A stretch of 63,992 nucleotides of DNA, counting the filler, from Stramenopiles sp. TOSAG23-3 (Eukaryota): the NCBI GenBank assembly GCA_900128585.1. It is 5 parts of 5 records of this genome, joined end to end, with 100 filler letters (N's around TTAATTAATTAA, not from the genome) between each part and the next. Parts side by side here need not be neighbours in the genome. Positions count along the whole stretch, not along the records: positions 26,373 to 39,445 come from LT642646.1; positions 39,546 to 52,604 come from LT642647.1; 3 more parts are not named here. One strand, 5' to 3'. Below the pieces are notes generated by a model. The model did no database searches. It was given only the letters and a program-made list of their open reading frames with translations, and was not told where the DNA came from. The position numbers were made by a program, and so were the translations under genes. Below are positions 33,559 through 44,658 of the stretch, piece by piece (position 1 is the stretch's first letter; each line of letters begins with the position of its first letter).

Positions 33559-34467
33559 ATGAACAAGGTTGTATCGTCCACCGTCTCCGGGAGAATTCGT
33601 CCGTTTCTTGCAAACGAAACCTTTCGATTGCTTCGAGAATCGTCTCCATTATTTTTGATTGCCGGGCCGTGCGCTTTGGAAAGCCCTGATCTAGCATATA
33701 AAACCGCAGAGACTATTCAAGAGATTGGGGAGAGACACAACATTGTGACAGTTTTTAAAGCGAGCTTCGACAAGGCAAACCGACAGAGTATCAGCAGTCC
33801 GAGGGGGGTGGGGTTGGAGAAAGGATTGGAAATTTTGCAGCGCGTAAAAGATAAGTTTGGGGGCATGTTGATCACTACAGACGTTCACGAATCGAGCCAG
33901 TGTCCGCATGTTGCCGAAGTTGCCGACATCTTGCAGATCCCTGCGTTTTTGTGCCGACAGACGGATTTAATAGTTGAGGCGTCGCGGACCGGTCGATTGG
34001 TGAACATAAAGAAGGGGCAATTCGCGAGCGCCCGCACGATGCAATTGGCAGGGGGGAAAGTTTTTGAAAACAGCCTAAGTTCGGGGGGCGGTGCGGGCCT
34101 TTTGCTAACCGAGCGAGGGACCATGTTCGGGTACAACGACTTAGTGTTCGACCCCCGCAATCTTGTCACCATGCGGGGGCCACAACAGCTGGTAATTCAA
34201 GACATTACCCACTCCGTTCAGCGTTTGGACGGGGGGGCGTCCAGTGCGCCCTCGGACGGCACAGTGACGGCAGGTTCGAGACACCTCGTTCCGACTATAG
34301 CAAGGGCTGCAGTTGCCGTCGGTGTGAACGGTGTGTTTGTCGAGACCCACCCTGAGCCAGAGTCGGCAACCTGCGATAAACAAAACCAGTGGCCACTGGA
34401 CAAACTGGACGGTCTGGTGGCCGAGTTGGTAGACATTGCCCAAGTCACGAGGGGGCTTGCGGCGTGA
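33559..34467 (+). CDS. kdsA: 3-deoxy-D-manno-octulosonate 8-phosphate (KDO8P) synthase
   Basis: IAGPCALES, KASFDKANR, LQIPAFLCRQTDL, NIKKGQF, ERGTMFGYNDLV, DITHSVQ, FVETHP. Confidence 0.95.
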   Translation: MNKVVSSTVSGRIRPFLANETFRLLRESSPLFLIAGPCALESPDLAYKTAETIQEIGERHNIVTVFKASFDKANRQSISSPRGVGLEKGLEILQRVKDKFGGMLITTDVHESSQCPHVAEVADILQIPAFLCRQTDLIVEASRTGRLVNIKKGQFASARTMQLAGGKVFENSLSSGGGAGLLLTERGTMFGYNDLVFDPRNLVTMRGPQQLVIQDITHSVQRLDGGASSAPSDGTVTAGSRHLVPTIARAAVAVGVNGVFVETHPEPESATCDKQNQWPLDKLDGLVAELVDIAQVTRGLAA

Positions 34468-34807
34468 GGGGACGGTGCGCGAGGCAGAACGTGGGTGCTG
34501 CCCTGCCGCTCCGGGCAACGACCGCAGATTGTCGATGATGATGAATTCATTGTGGATATTATAGTTTAAATTAATTCTTTACATACATATAACTGTGACT
34601 CAGCATAAACAATTGTTGTGAAAAGCTATATATTCTACGTTGTATACGTAAGCGTCCATTAAAATATCTAAAGCTGTAATAAAATTTAGCTCTCCTTGTA
34701 GTACTATATTTAAATCTATGCTATTCTATGAGAACTATTTTAAATATAAAAAACCTTTTAATAAGTCGTAAATAGTGAGTATTAGTATTAAACTGGTAAG
34801 TATTTTT

Positions 34808-35125
34808 AGAAGAAGAAGAAGAAGAAGAAGAAGGAAGAAGAAGAAGAAGAAGAAGAAGAAGAAGAAGAAGAAGAAGAAGAAGAAGAGAAGAAGAAGAAGA
34901 AGAAGAAGAAGAAGAAGAAGAAGAAGAAGAAGAAGAAGAAGGAAGAAGAAAGAAGAAGAAGAGAGAAGAAAGAAGAAGAAGAAGAAGAAGAAGAAGGAAG
35001 AAGAAGAAGAAAGAAGAAGAAGAAGAAGAAGAAGAAGAAGAAGGAAGAAGAAGAAGAATTAAAAAGAAGAAGAAGAAGAAGAAAGAAGAAGAAGAAGAAA
35101 AACCAAAAGAAGGAAGAAGGAGGAA
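34808..35125 (+). repeat. (GAA)n microsatellite
   Basis: ~300-nt gaa run with variants. Confidence 0.95.
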
Positions 35126-35551
35126 GTACTCACTTGTGAAGAGAGGGTACTTATTGGGGGAGGGGATATTCTCTATTTAAATTATATATAAATACAACTA
35201 TATAATATACATAACAGCTATATATAAATAATATATAATCAATGATTGTTAATTATTTATTTATAAAAAAATAGAAGAAAATATAATAAACGACTTTGTG
35301 ACAAGCAAGAACAAGAGTATATTTATTATAGTCGTCTATACCAATACGAAATAATTATCCAAAATGAATAATATATAAAAGGAATGTATAAGTGTACACA
35401 AATTAGTAGAGCATAGGTACGGAATCGATTCAGAACAGGAAGGGTTAAGAAATCTGTACGTTAAGAAAGGTTTGTGTCTGTGAGTGTTGGCTAATTTTGA
35501 TTACACTTTTTAGACCGACCGACCGACCGACCGGTTGTGCGTTCCAGCAAA

Positions 35552-36668
35552 ATGATCATCATCGTAGAGACCGTTCGGTTCTTTTTGTTTGCCTTTTTCA
35601 TACTGTCGCGAACGAACGTTCGGGCCTCCAATTTGCTATTACAAAGGAACGCTAAATATCTTCTTTTGAAAAGAAAACAGAAAAAGAGCGTAGAGGTTCA
35701 ATACGGTGCATTAGACGACGTTTCCAAAAAGCAGCCCGAGGAGGCAGAAAAAGAGCTGAGTTTGGGAGCCACAACTGAGCCAAAGGGAAGCGTACAAAAA
35801 ATGTTCAGTATTTTCGAAGACAGGGCCGAAGGAAGGCACGGTGCATTGAGCGACGACGAGGGCAGGGACGAGGATGGTGAGGAGTCTGAAATTGAGCCTG
35901 AAGATGGGGATGGTGATGAAGAGGACGAGGAAGTCCAAAACCTGCACGTATATGCATGCGGTATGCGGGCGTAGAATTTTGGTATTTGATATACTAGAGA
36001 GCAATGCAGCGCAGAAAAGTTTAAACATTTCTAACGTTGGTGCCCAGCAAAACAAGCAGTTGTCTTCTACAAGTCAGCGTCGTATAGTTAAGGGGTTGAC
36101 GTGTGGGATTCCTTCAAGGAATGAAGACAATTTGCTACTGCGGTCGACCAGCATTAAATCAACGCGCAGCAAAGGCAGGAGTGTTCATGGTTTGAGCAAG
36201 TTTGGGAGGCCCAAACGAGAGCAGAGTATGTCCTACGTCCCTTCGCCTCGAAAGATTCGTCATTCGATTCACCTGCGTCGCATGGGTTACAAGGCGCACC
36301 ATCGTTCTTCGGTTGGGGTTTTGCTGAGAATTGTCAACGTGCATCATGAAAACCAATGGTTTGCGGAACAGTCGAGGGGCTCAATAAGGAACGGTCTCAG
36401 TGCGCAGCAGAGAGCCTTTGAAAAGGAGAGGACCGTTCACTTGGATTTCATGGCAAATTGGTTAGACTGCAGCAAAGCCAAAGTCAGCGAAGACCTCTCT
36501 CAATGGAACACGCGCCCGGACCCGACATTTCTGCTAAGCGCACTTGTTGGGCGTGAGGGCATGAAGGTGCTGTGGGATGAAGTGGAAGAGAAAAATGTAG
36601 GAAGCAAGAAAATCATGTCGGAAAAAGAGCTGGAAAACGCAAGGCGTCAAGTCGTCAAGCGACAGTGA
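35552..36668 (+). CDS. Hypothetical protein split over two frames at TAG 35972-35974 (short intron or +1 shift)
   Basis: Acidic ORF ends at GCG-TAG; overlapping +1 frame stays open to 36668; GTATGC..ATACTAG (35961-35997) would also restore the frame. Confidence 0.6.
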
Positions 36669-37219
36669 TATAGATGAATAAATAGATGATACGAAATAGA
36701 TTATAAATTATGAACTATTTATTTAGTATTGTAGCGGTTCCTCCTGGTCTGCTGCTGTACTGTGTGTAACGAATAAACTATACTAATAATAATATATAGA
36801 TAAAACTGTTTTTTTTTTTTTTTTTTTCAAGATCTTCTTCTTCGTTCTTCTCTCCTCCTCTCTCTATAATTATATTATAATATTTTATCTCATCTCTCCT
36901 CTCATTTTTTTTTTTTTGTGTTCTTCATTTATTATTATTTTTTGTTGTATTTGTGGGTACTCCTCTGCTGCTGTTGAGTTTGTTTGTTGTTTGTTGGAAA
37001 AAAAAAACGACCGGTCGTTTTTTTTGTTGTCGGTCGTCGATGAGAAAACAATGGTTTCAAACTTTCAATTCTATTCTATGTTCAATCTATTCTATTTCAA
37101 TTGTTAACATTTGATAATCTTGTCGAACGAAAGGACGGGTCGTTGATGAATTTATACTTATAATTTTTCTGGTTGGTTTAGCTGATTCGCATTGTTATTA
37201 CGTTTCCCCCCGGAAGATA

Positions 37220-37495
37220 ATGGAGTTTGTAGCGTCCGAGAATGGGAAAGCTGCAGAGAGCGCTCCGTTGCAAACGAAGAACTCCTTCGTCGTCTCTGAA
37301 GTGAGTGGGGGACTGTGCACGTTGGTGTCCGACTGCCTGCATGTGGTTGAGTGGCCGTTGTCTTTGCTACCTTTTGACGTGAAGAAAGGCATGGTGCTGA
37401 GCCTCGATATCGTACGGGACACGAAAGAAGAGGCGAAACGAGAAAAAAATTTGAAAAACATGCAGGCGGACCTTTCCAAGTCAAGCGAAGCGTGA
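37220..37495 (+). CDS. Small stand-alone Chs5 N-terminal-like (exomer dimerisation domain) protein
   Basis: FVVSEVSGGLCTLVSDCLHVVEWPLSLLP.....GMVLSLDIVRD..EE.....LKNMQ matches the CHS5_N pattern (..LIEFPS.LLP....G.IV.I.V.RN..E). Confidence 0.7.
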   Translation: MEFVASENGKAAESAPLQTKNSFVVSEVSGGLCTLVSDCLHVVEWPLSLLPFDVKKGMVLSLDIVRDTKEEAKREKNLKNMQADLSKSSEA

Positions 37496-37869
37496 TCCAT
37501 GTTCAAACTGTACATACAATTAGCACCGAACGCCCCACAAATTTAACACCACGACGCAGGGCACGGAAGGCAGGCGCGACTGGTCTTGCACAAGAAACGG
37601 CTATGTCCACAATACATCATTGCTTAAGACTTTTTATAAAATAATTACTTCCAAATTCCAAATTAAAAAATTCGAATACTCTTAATAAAATTAGAACTTG
37701 GTTTTGTGTGGTGTTTCTTTAATTTAGCCACAAGACGGCGCACGCTCCATGGTGTTGCCAATTCCACGCAACACGGTACGTGCCTTTTTAATTAACTTCA
37801 AAATCTCTCTATGGTTCCCTCTTCACAAAAAAGGCAACCGCAACTTTGTTGACATAGGGTCAACGCAAC

Positions 37870-39012
37870 TCATTTTTCTAAAAAAAAGTCAACGCCAGAC
37901 TCCGTATCATCAAGAGTAAACGTGAAATCGTGACGAACCGGCAAGGGGCTCAGCTTCACGAGCGCACCGTTCCCTGGCGATCCAAACTCTGGGGTGGAGC
38001 CGAACATGCTTGGGGAGAAGGCGCTGTTGGCCGGCGTAGTGTTGACGCTTCCAGACTCGTTGTGAGCCTTTCCACTTTCGCTCTTCACCTGCGTTTGCCC
38101 TCGCTTCACTTTTCCACCACTATTGCCACCACGCTTCCCGTTCTTGCTACTATTGCTACTACTATTGTTCCCAGCGTTCATTAGCCCGTTTGCGCTTTCG
38201 TTACTATCATTGCTTACCAGGTAAACATCAATGCTCCCGTTGTTGGGACTCTTCAGGAAGATTTGAAACCTCCTTCTCCCCGCTTCCATGCCCTCGTCCG
38301 GGTCTGGGACTTCCAGGTTCGTCCCGGACGGGGCCCTGATCGCGAGCACCCGGTCGTTCGCGAAGCACGGCAGGTTGCGCAGGTCGTCCGGGGTGGCGTA
38401 CGCGAGCTTTCGGTTGCTTGGCTTGTCCGCCGCAGCATTCAGCTCTTTGGTCACCAGCAGGGTATCCAGGTCCAACTCTTTCTCCTCTTCCTTGAGCTGT
38501 TGTATCGACTCGCGAAGATCCTTTAAAATGACCTCCTTCTCCGGGGAAATCTTTGAGCCTGCACCTTTCCACATAATTGTATTTTTTGATTTTTTCTCCA
38601 AAAGGCCGATGCCCTCGAGGACGTTTGTAATATCGTAAATCCTGCGCTTCTGGACCCCGAGGTCCTGGGCGGTCGAATTTAGGTCTAACGCGCCATCCGG
38701 CGCGCATTTCAGTAGTTTCAAAAACTTACGAGTGAGCAAACCCAGGGAACTGTCGTACCGCGAGCCCGTGCCCCCCCTTTTTTTTCTGCCAGAACTATTG
38801 GGGGGAGACTTGGTCGTTGAGGACTTTTTCTTCTTCGATGCGGGGGTGCCTTTCGCCGACTTTCCCGTCTTGGCCGCCTTGGTCGTTTTGGTCGTCTTCG
38901 GGGACGACTTGACTACTTTCTTACTAGCTGTTAACGTTTTTGACTTAAGGGGAGATATGGACTTTTTTGAACCAGATCGCTTTGCCGAGACCGGTGGGGT
39001 GGATTTCACCAT
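37870..39012 (-). CDS. E2F: E2F transcription factor
   Basis: [30 protein letters not shown], marked box [16 protein letters not shown]. Confidence 0.97.
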   Translation of the reverse strand: MVKSTPPVSAKRSGSKKSISPLKSKTLTASKKVVKSSPKTTKTTKAAKTGKSAKGTPASKKKKSSTTKSPPNSSGRKKRGGTGSRYDSSLGLLTRKFLKLLKCAPDGALDLNSTAQDLGVQKRRIYDITNVLEGIGLLEKKSKNTIMWKGAGSKISPEKEVILKDLRESIQQLKEEEKELDLDTLLVTKELNAAADKPSNRKLAYATPDDLRNLPCFANDRVLAIRAPSGTNLEVPDPDEGMEAGRRRFQIFLKSPNNGSIDVYLVSNDSNESANGLMNAGNNSSSNSSKNGKRGGNSGGKVKRGQTQVKSESGKAHNESGSVNTTPANSAFSPSMFGSTPEFGSPGNGALVKLSPLPVRHDFTFTLDDTESGVDFFLEK

Positions 39013-39445
39013 CTTCGGGATCTATGACCAAGAGCCCGCAGTAAACGGAGGGAAGGGGGGAGGCGAGTAACCGAACGAAGGAACCAGCTGCGGCGCGTTA
39101 AAAAGAAAACCAGACTTTAAAAATTCTTCCCTATCCTAAATATATTCCACGCGTTGAGATCGATCGTATTCTACAAGACTAATGTCAGTTATCAAGTGTA
39201 TCGTCTCCCTTCCCTTTTCTCAAAATACCTTTCTTTTATTTGGATGCCACAGCTGTAAGAAAAAGATATTAATTTGTTTAAATGAAAGAACGAACAACAC
39301 AGTTGTTAAATTATTATATATAAATAATATTATTATAGAAGAAAGATAGATGAAAGAGAGAAGAAGGAAGAAGAAGAAAAGATAGAAGAGAGAATCAACA
39401 AAATAATGTCACCAACCACAGAGTATGATTTTGAAGAAGGCTATA

Positions 39446-39545
39446 NNNNNNNNNNNNNNNNNNNNNNNNNNNNNNNNNNNNNNNNNNNNTTAATTAATTA
39501 ANNNNNNNNNNNNNNNNNNNNNNNNNNNNNNNNNNNNNNNNNNNN
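39446..39545. other. Artificial scaffold linker
   Basis: N44-TTAATTAATTAA-N44. Confidence 0.97.
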
Positions 39546-42098
39546 AGCAACCAAAGAAGGGTGAGTCGCCAATCTGCGGCGCGTGCTGCCCGTGCTTTGA
39601 ACCGCCGGACAAACAGCGCCTTGAGCACAACAACGAGGGGGGGGTCTTCTGCGCTTAGGCGTAAAAATAACAAGCGGAAAGCGTCAACTAGTGGGTCTTC
39701 TGCTCGTTCTGCGCGTGTATTGCGCCGCCGTACGAACAGTAGCACTCTCATTGCCGAGGGGGGCGATCGTGCTGGGGGTGCATCGCGCAGCCGTAAAACA
39801 AATAGTGTTGTACGAAGGGGCGGGGGCAATGCTTCCCTTCCGATGTTGACTGAGAACGGGGTAGGGATTATTAGGAATGGAAGCATCAGTAGAGGAGGGG
39901 TGACTGTGCAAGTACTGGCAATATACAGGTACCTGATCGACAACAGCTTTCCCGCGCGTACAAATTTCAACCATGTGCGAAATTCTGGGCTTCTTTTTGC
40001 ATACGATGTCGTTCTCAGTGATGGAATATTCAAAACAAAGTGTTTGCTAGACCCATCCCAGAACAGCATCGTCAATGTTGGAGAGCTGCGGAAACTATCA
40101 ATCGTCAATGTCTCCCAAGCGGAAGGTTTCATCGACGAACTTACGCTTGGGTCTGAGGAGCAAAGTAAAATTATGCAGATCGATGTTTTGAATAACTCAA
40201 TTGACTTTCCCGTGAAACGGAGCGAGGGTCAGCTAAGATATGGCCCGGAGGGGGGAAATGCGCGTGTTCGGTCAACGATACCCCTGGTAAAAGGTCAAAT
40301 GTTTTACCTCCCTTTCGGGAACGAAGACTGCATGGATTTGGCTTGCGAACATTTGAGCGAGATCCCCGAAGCGTACAAAGATTCGCCGTGGAGCAACGAA
40401 GATAAGACCGAGATCGACGGGGATCAGGCCGTATCGCTGGATTGTCTCTCGTTGGCGAACGTCATCGCGTTCGTTTCGAAAGGCAGCCTGCCAGGGGCGA
40501 TCAACCCCCCACCCCCGCTGGTTGGTCGCATAGTGGCAAAGACACGCCTGCTGCAATTGAAAACGACTCATAAAAAATGTCCGTACTATTTTATGGTCGA
40601 TATCTTTGACGAGTCACTCTCAAACCCCCTCAGGGTTGTGTTTTGGGAAACGCTGTGCCCTCGCTTTTTCAATGTTTTGCGCCCTGGGCAAATTTTACGC
40701 ATTAAGGGGTACAGTTATGGAAAAGACCGCGATGGAAATTTAGAGTTCAAATTAAACCCCGGCAAGCGCAACCTGCGTGTGGACATATTGAACTCAGGGC
40801 ATTTTCAGCCATTTTTGGCATCATCGCAAGAGAGCAGGAGGGCCATTTGTACACGGCTCCCGGGCGTGAATTACGCGTTCAAGCAAACTAAGGACATCGT
40901 TGTAATGGAAAGACAGCCAAGCGTTGGCGCGAACATTTTTGATTTAGCAGGAATCGTGTCGTATGTTGGCCCAGTCACCAGAGTTCGGGCGCTGGGTGCT
41001 GAGCGTAGAGGTGGGACAGACGAAGAAAACTCCCGTTTTGAACTGTACAGCGTCGGAGAGAATTCAAATGTCTCCGGACTTAAGGATTTTTCGCAGGATG
41101 CAAGGATGAGCGAGCGGCGGTGGATAAAAGTTCGAGATGGGTCCTCGGGTGTAGATTTGGTCATTTTGGTGTACACAAATTCCCAATCCTACGAATTTTC
41201 CAAAATCCAAGCTGGCAAGTTTATGGCATTCACGAACTTGAGGTTACAAACGTCTAGCAGGGTTTACCGGTCCTTTGAGCCCCGTTCCATTTGGGCCGTT
41301 AGCACGTGGAAAACGCGTTACGTCGACGAAGGGGGCATCGGAGATAAAAAGCCGGCTAGCCGTGTGCCAAGCACTACGGAAGAAATCTGTGGGTCCCCTT
41401 ATGTTCGAGCAGTTCGGACATGGTGGGCAGCAACGAAGCAGGTTTACACGGTCTCAAATGGCCGCCTCATTGGCCCAGAAGAGGCACTGTACATCCCTAG
41501 CCGTTTGCGCCCGTCAGCCCTCAGTGAGTATTCGGCGTCAGCCGAAAATAGCATCAACAACTCGTCCCAAAATGGTAGGCAAGTCTATGCCCCTATTGTA
41601 CGTTTCCGAGACATTGGCACAATCTTGAAATCGTTGCATTGGTCTGAGTCGCGCCTGCTGACAATCCAGGCGGTCTTTGTATCTCTTTCTGTTGCCAAGT
41701 TATCGACAGGCGAGGTAAGTAGTGACAATATGGTTCTAAATGTATCTGATGTAAACCCAGGAAGATCTAGCGCGTTAGATATCAGATACAACGCCAACGA
41801 CGATACATGTGGCATTCCATTTTTGCCGTTTGGCTTGGAGAAGAGGCACCGAAGTGGTGAACTTCCAGATTTTCTTGCCGGTATGATTGCACCTTTTTGC
41901 TCACGGGGGGTGTTGTCACAAGCTTGTTGCGTCGCGCTAGGGAAAATGAGTAACGGTGTTAGTGCTCAAACTGCCTTGGGAAAAATTTCCAAAGATTTGA
42001 AAGGGAAGCGGTTACTGCTGCATGTGGTAGCGGAGGGGGTGAATAGAGAATCGATCTACCTGGAATCTGCATTTGTCCCTCCGGCAGTTTCATTGTAA
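39546..42098 (+). CDS. RADX-like multi-OB-fold ssDNA-binding protein; 5'-partial
   Basis: VQVLAIYRYL..YDVVLSDG..KCLLDPSQN and FYLPFGNED resemble RADX OB1; LVGRIVAKTRL and DLAGIVSYVG mark further OB folds; frame open to the scaffold start. Confidence 0.72.
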   Translation, partial: SNQRRVSRQSAARAARALNRRTNSALSTTTRGGSSALRRKNNKRKASTSGSSARSARVLRRRTNSSTLIAEGGDRAGGASRSRKTNSVVRRGGGNASLPMLTENGVGIIRNGSISRGGVTVQVLAIYRYLIDNSFPARTNFNHVRNSGLLFAYDVVLSDGIFKTKCLLDPSQNSIVNVGELRKLSIVNVSQAEGFIDELTLGSEEQSKIMQIDVLNNSIDFPVKRSEGQLRYGPEGGNARVRSTIPLVKGQMFYLPFGNEDCMDLACEHLSEIPEAYKDSPWSNEDKTEIDGDQAVSLDCLSLANVIAFVSKGSLPGAINPPPPLVGRIVAKTRLLQLKTTHKKCPYYFMVDIFDESLSNPLRVVFWETLCPRFFNVLRPGQILRIKGYSYGKDRDGNLEFKLNPGKRNLRVDILNSGHFQPFLASSQESRRAICTRLPGVNYAFKQTKDIVVMERQPSVGANIFDLAGIVSYVGPVTRVRALGAERRGGTDEENSRFELYSVGENSNVSGLKDFSQDARMSERRWIKVRDGSSGVDLVILVYTNSQSYEFSKIQAGKFMAFTNLRLQTSSRVYRSFEPRSIWAVSTWKTRYVDEGGIGDKKPASRVPSTTEEICGSPYVRAVRTWWAATKQVYTVSNGRLIGPEEALYIPSRLRPSALSEYSASAENSINNSSQNGRQVYAPIVRFRDIGTILKSLHWSESRLLTIQAVFVSLSVAKLSTGEVSSDNMVLNVSDVNPGRSSALDIRYNANDDTCGIPFLPFGLEKRHRSGELPDFLAGMIAPFCSRGVLSQACCVALGKMSNGVSAQTALGKISKDLKGKRLLLHVVAEGVNRESIYLESAFVPPAVSL

Positions 42099-42339
42099 AT
42101 GATGATACGACTGAGATTTTTGTGTGTACTTGGTTCGGGTTCAGTGTTGAGAAGCAAGGTTAGAGTGATTTTACAACTAAATATGTAATACTACGAGGTA
42201 AGCCCGTAAAAGTAAAGATCTTAAGAGTCTTACCAGTACCGTGTAATAATAGTCAAACGAGACTCATAAGCACATCTCTTCCCGACAACCCAAACACCTT
42301 CTGAGATGTTCTCGACGACTCTCGTCTTACGTCCTATAG

Positions 42340-42417
42340 TAAACCTTTCGGCTTTGGAAGAAGCCTGGTTGAAACCAGCTTAAATTTTCTTCTCCCAACG
42401 CGTCATAAAAAATCCCT
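42340..42417 (-). promoter_or_regulatory. SECIS element (type II) in the selenoprotein K 3' UTR
   Basis: Minus strand ATGAC-GCGTTGGGAGAAG-AAAA..CTGGTT/AACCAG..CTTCTTCCAAAGC-CGAA: AUGA/GA quartet, ~13-bp helix, unpaired As, apical mini-stem. Confidence 0.85.
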
Positions 42418-42466
42418 GCAAGACGTTACAATATGGTCCGTTTCCAATTCATGGAAAATAAACCGT

Positions 42467-42766
42467 TTAACTACCTCAGCCTCCAGCTGCCGGGGGGGCA
42501 ACTCTGCCTATACGGCGTGTTCCGGAATCTGGAAAACCTCTCGGTTTAGGACTGCCGCCGCCGCCGCCAGGGCCCCCACCTCCACCGGGTCTTCTTCGTT
42601 GTTGAATCCTCCCACCACGGCTAGCACTACTTTTAGCACCCCCAAACATAGTTGAAAAGAAGAGCCCAAAAAAGTTAATTATCGCCCAAAATATTTCGGA
42701 GAAAATTGACAAACGAAACAAGGACTGCTTCTTCTGAACTGACCCACTACTGTTTATGTACACCAT
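42467..42766 (-). CDS. SELENOK: Selenoprotein K (TGA 42476-42478 read as Sec; ends GG-U-GS)
   Basis: MVYI..G.V, IFWAIINFFGLFFSTM TM segment, Gly/Pro/Arg-rich tail, GGA GGC TGA GGT AGT TAA, downstream SECIS. Confidence 0.93.
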
Positions 42767-43584
42767 GGTGTCAGAAATAGAAATAGGAAAAATCTCCCAA
42801 AGGCAATCCAGACTGTTGTTTTCCTTACTTTTCCCTGTGAACTATTCGTACGTATGTGACTTTTTTTATACTCTGTCCGCTATGGATCGTGAATTATAAA
42901 GACTTCCTCTTATTTGTAGAATATAAGTAACAAATTAACTGACAAATGCAATCACAAAAATTCATGAAATGATGATGATGTGAAGAAGTATTATACCAAC
43001 CGTATAGTGTGAGAAGAGAAGGAGGAGAGTGATTTTGTTTGTTGTTTATTCTTAATTAATCTTAATTTATTCCAATAATCGCTTTGTTGTTGTTGTTCTC
43101 TTTGTTTTGTTAAAAATATAATTTAAATTATATAGTCTAATATTACATGCTTCGTGGCTTCAATAATAATTGCCAAAAAACAGCTTTCTTTATTAGTACG
43201 GTGCAGATTCCTAGAGCTGGTAAAGGAATTTAAACCAGGTATTAATACAGGCACGATACCAGGTACCGTACAGGTATTAATACCGTAGTAAGCAAATAAA
43301 AAAAGAAGCAGCAAGCAAGAGGAGGGAGAAAAATAATAAAATAAGAAAATACGGAAGAAAAAAAAAGGAGACACGAAGACACAGTGAAGAAGAATAAGCA
43401 AAGTTTTATGTGAGTGAGTGAGTGAGCGAGCGAAGAATATACGGAACATATAAAAACTAGCGGCGATTAACCATGAACGAGAGATCCTACGGACGGTATT
43501 TGATCGAAAAAGACTAGCGTGAAAGCACTGTATTTACTATTCGTGGAACCATCGCCATTCTGCTTTCGTACATATAGTCATAAA

Positions 43585-44304
43585 ATGCAAGCAACAAGTC
43601 GTGTTACTCGTACAGTTTTATTGCTGGGTATCATACTAGTCGGAGCTGATGGCGCTCGTTTGGGTAGGATTGTCGAAGGGATTGCTAAGTCGAGGAAAGA
43701 TTTTACCTTTATATCTATGATTAACCATGGGATCGTGGACGATGGCGCAATAAAATTAGCAAATGCGCTGAAAAATAATAATGTTGTAGAAAGAATTGAT
43801 TTGAGAGGAAATAATATTGGGGACGAGGGAGCCCTAGCATTCGCAGAAGCATTGAAAGTAAACAGAAAATTGAGATCCTTAAACTTACAAGACAATGACA
43901 TTGGAGACGAGGGAGCGAAAGCGATAATTCATGTTATGCAGGAGAACAGGGTATTGAATGAACTGCATCTCTATGGAAACCCCAGGGTACACATCGATTA
44001 CTTGTACGCGGCAGAATATTGTGGCCATAACGAGGATAGTTGTCGTGACCTGCATACATGGTCTCGAGAAAAACTAGGTACTAAAAGCCATGATCATCAC
44101 CATGTTTTTTTTGTACCAAAGGACGAAACGTTGATGGACGCATATCTCCAAAAGCACAGCCACGATCAGGACAAACATGATGTGTTGGGACACATAGAGA
44201 ACGAAAGACCAGCTGAGCATGTACTTGACGATAGCATTCCAATCCCACAGTTGTTCGGTAAACACAGCGGGATCGACACAACCACCGGCAATTGGGAGTT
44301 GTAA
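43585..44304 (+). CDS. Signal-peptide-bearing RNI-type LRR protein with His-rich tail
   Basis: ATG 43585; VLLLGIILVGADG signal; 28-aa L..N.IGDEGA repeats; ends NWEL. Confidence 0.8.
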   Translation: MQATSRVTRTVLLLGIILVGADGARLGRIVEGIAKSRKDFTFISMINHGIVDDGAIKLANALKNNNVVERIDLRGNNIGDEGALAFAEALKVNRKLRSLNLQDNDIGDEGAKAIIHVMQENRVLNELHLYGNPRVHIDYLYAAEYCGHNEDSCRDLHTWSREKLGTKSHDHHHVFFVPKDETLMDAYLQKHSHDQDKHDVLGHIENERPAEHVLDDSIPIPQLFGKHSGIDTTTGNWEL

Positions 44305-44346
44305 CCCTCCGCAGAAGAATCTTAAGAATTATTATTTTTAAAAAAC

Positions 44347-44367
44347 AACAAGAAAATTGGCTGTTAT
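44347..44367 (+). promoter_or_regulatory. Conserved gene-3'-associated element, copy 4
   Basis: AACAAGAAAATTGGCTGTTAT ~43 nt after the stop at 44304, sense strand. Confidence 0.6.
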
Positions 44368-44658
44368 TTATAAGTATAATTAAATTAAGCTTCCTCATAC
44401 CCTAAACCTAACTTGGTTCTGTAATTTTGTTTCAACAATTTAATTCCTTTTGTCCGGTAACGGCCTCATCCGATATCTCACTCAGAGATAACTCAATCCT
44501 TGTATGATACCATCTTCCAAGCAGCCGCCGTTGGGATCTCGTCCTGCTGTCACGCTATTATTATTATTTTTACCCGAGCATGGACACGCGTAGCTCTCAT
44601 AGTACTTTGTATGTTTGTCGCAGAGCAAAAAATATTTTAGTTTAAATTATACGAAATT

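Noticed and set aside
33559-34467. kdsA as bacterial contamination
   Set aside because: Same scaffold as RBM34 and E2F, with host-type spacers and motifs on both sides.
34775-35062. Poly-Lys/Arg ORF (also 17633, 25175, 26424, 61579)
   Set aside because: Translations of microsatellites.
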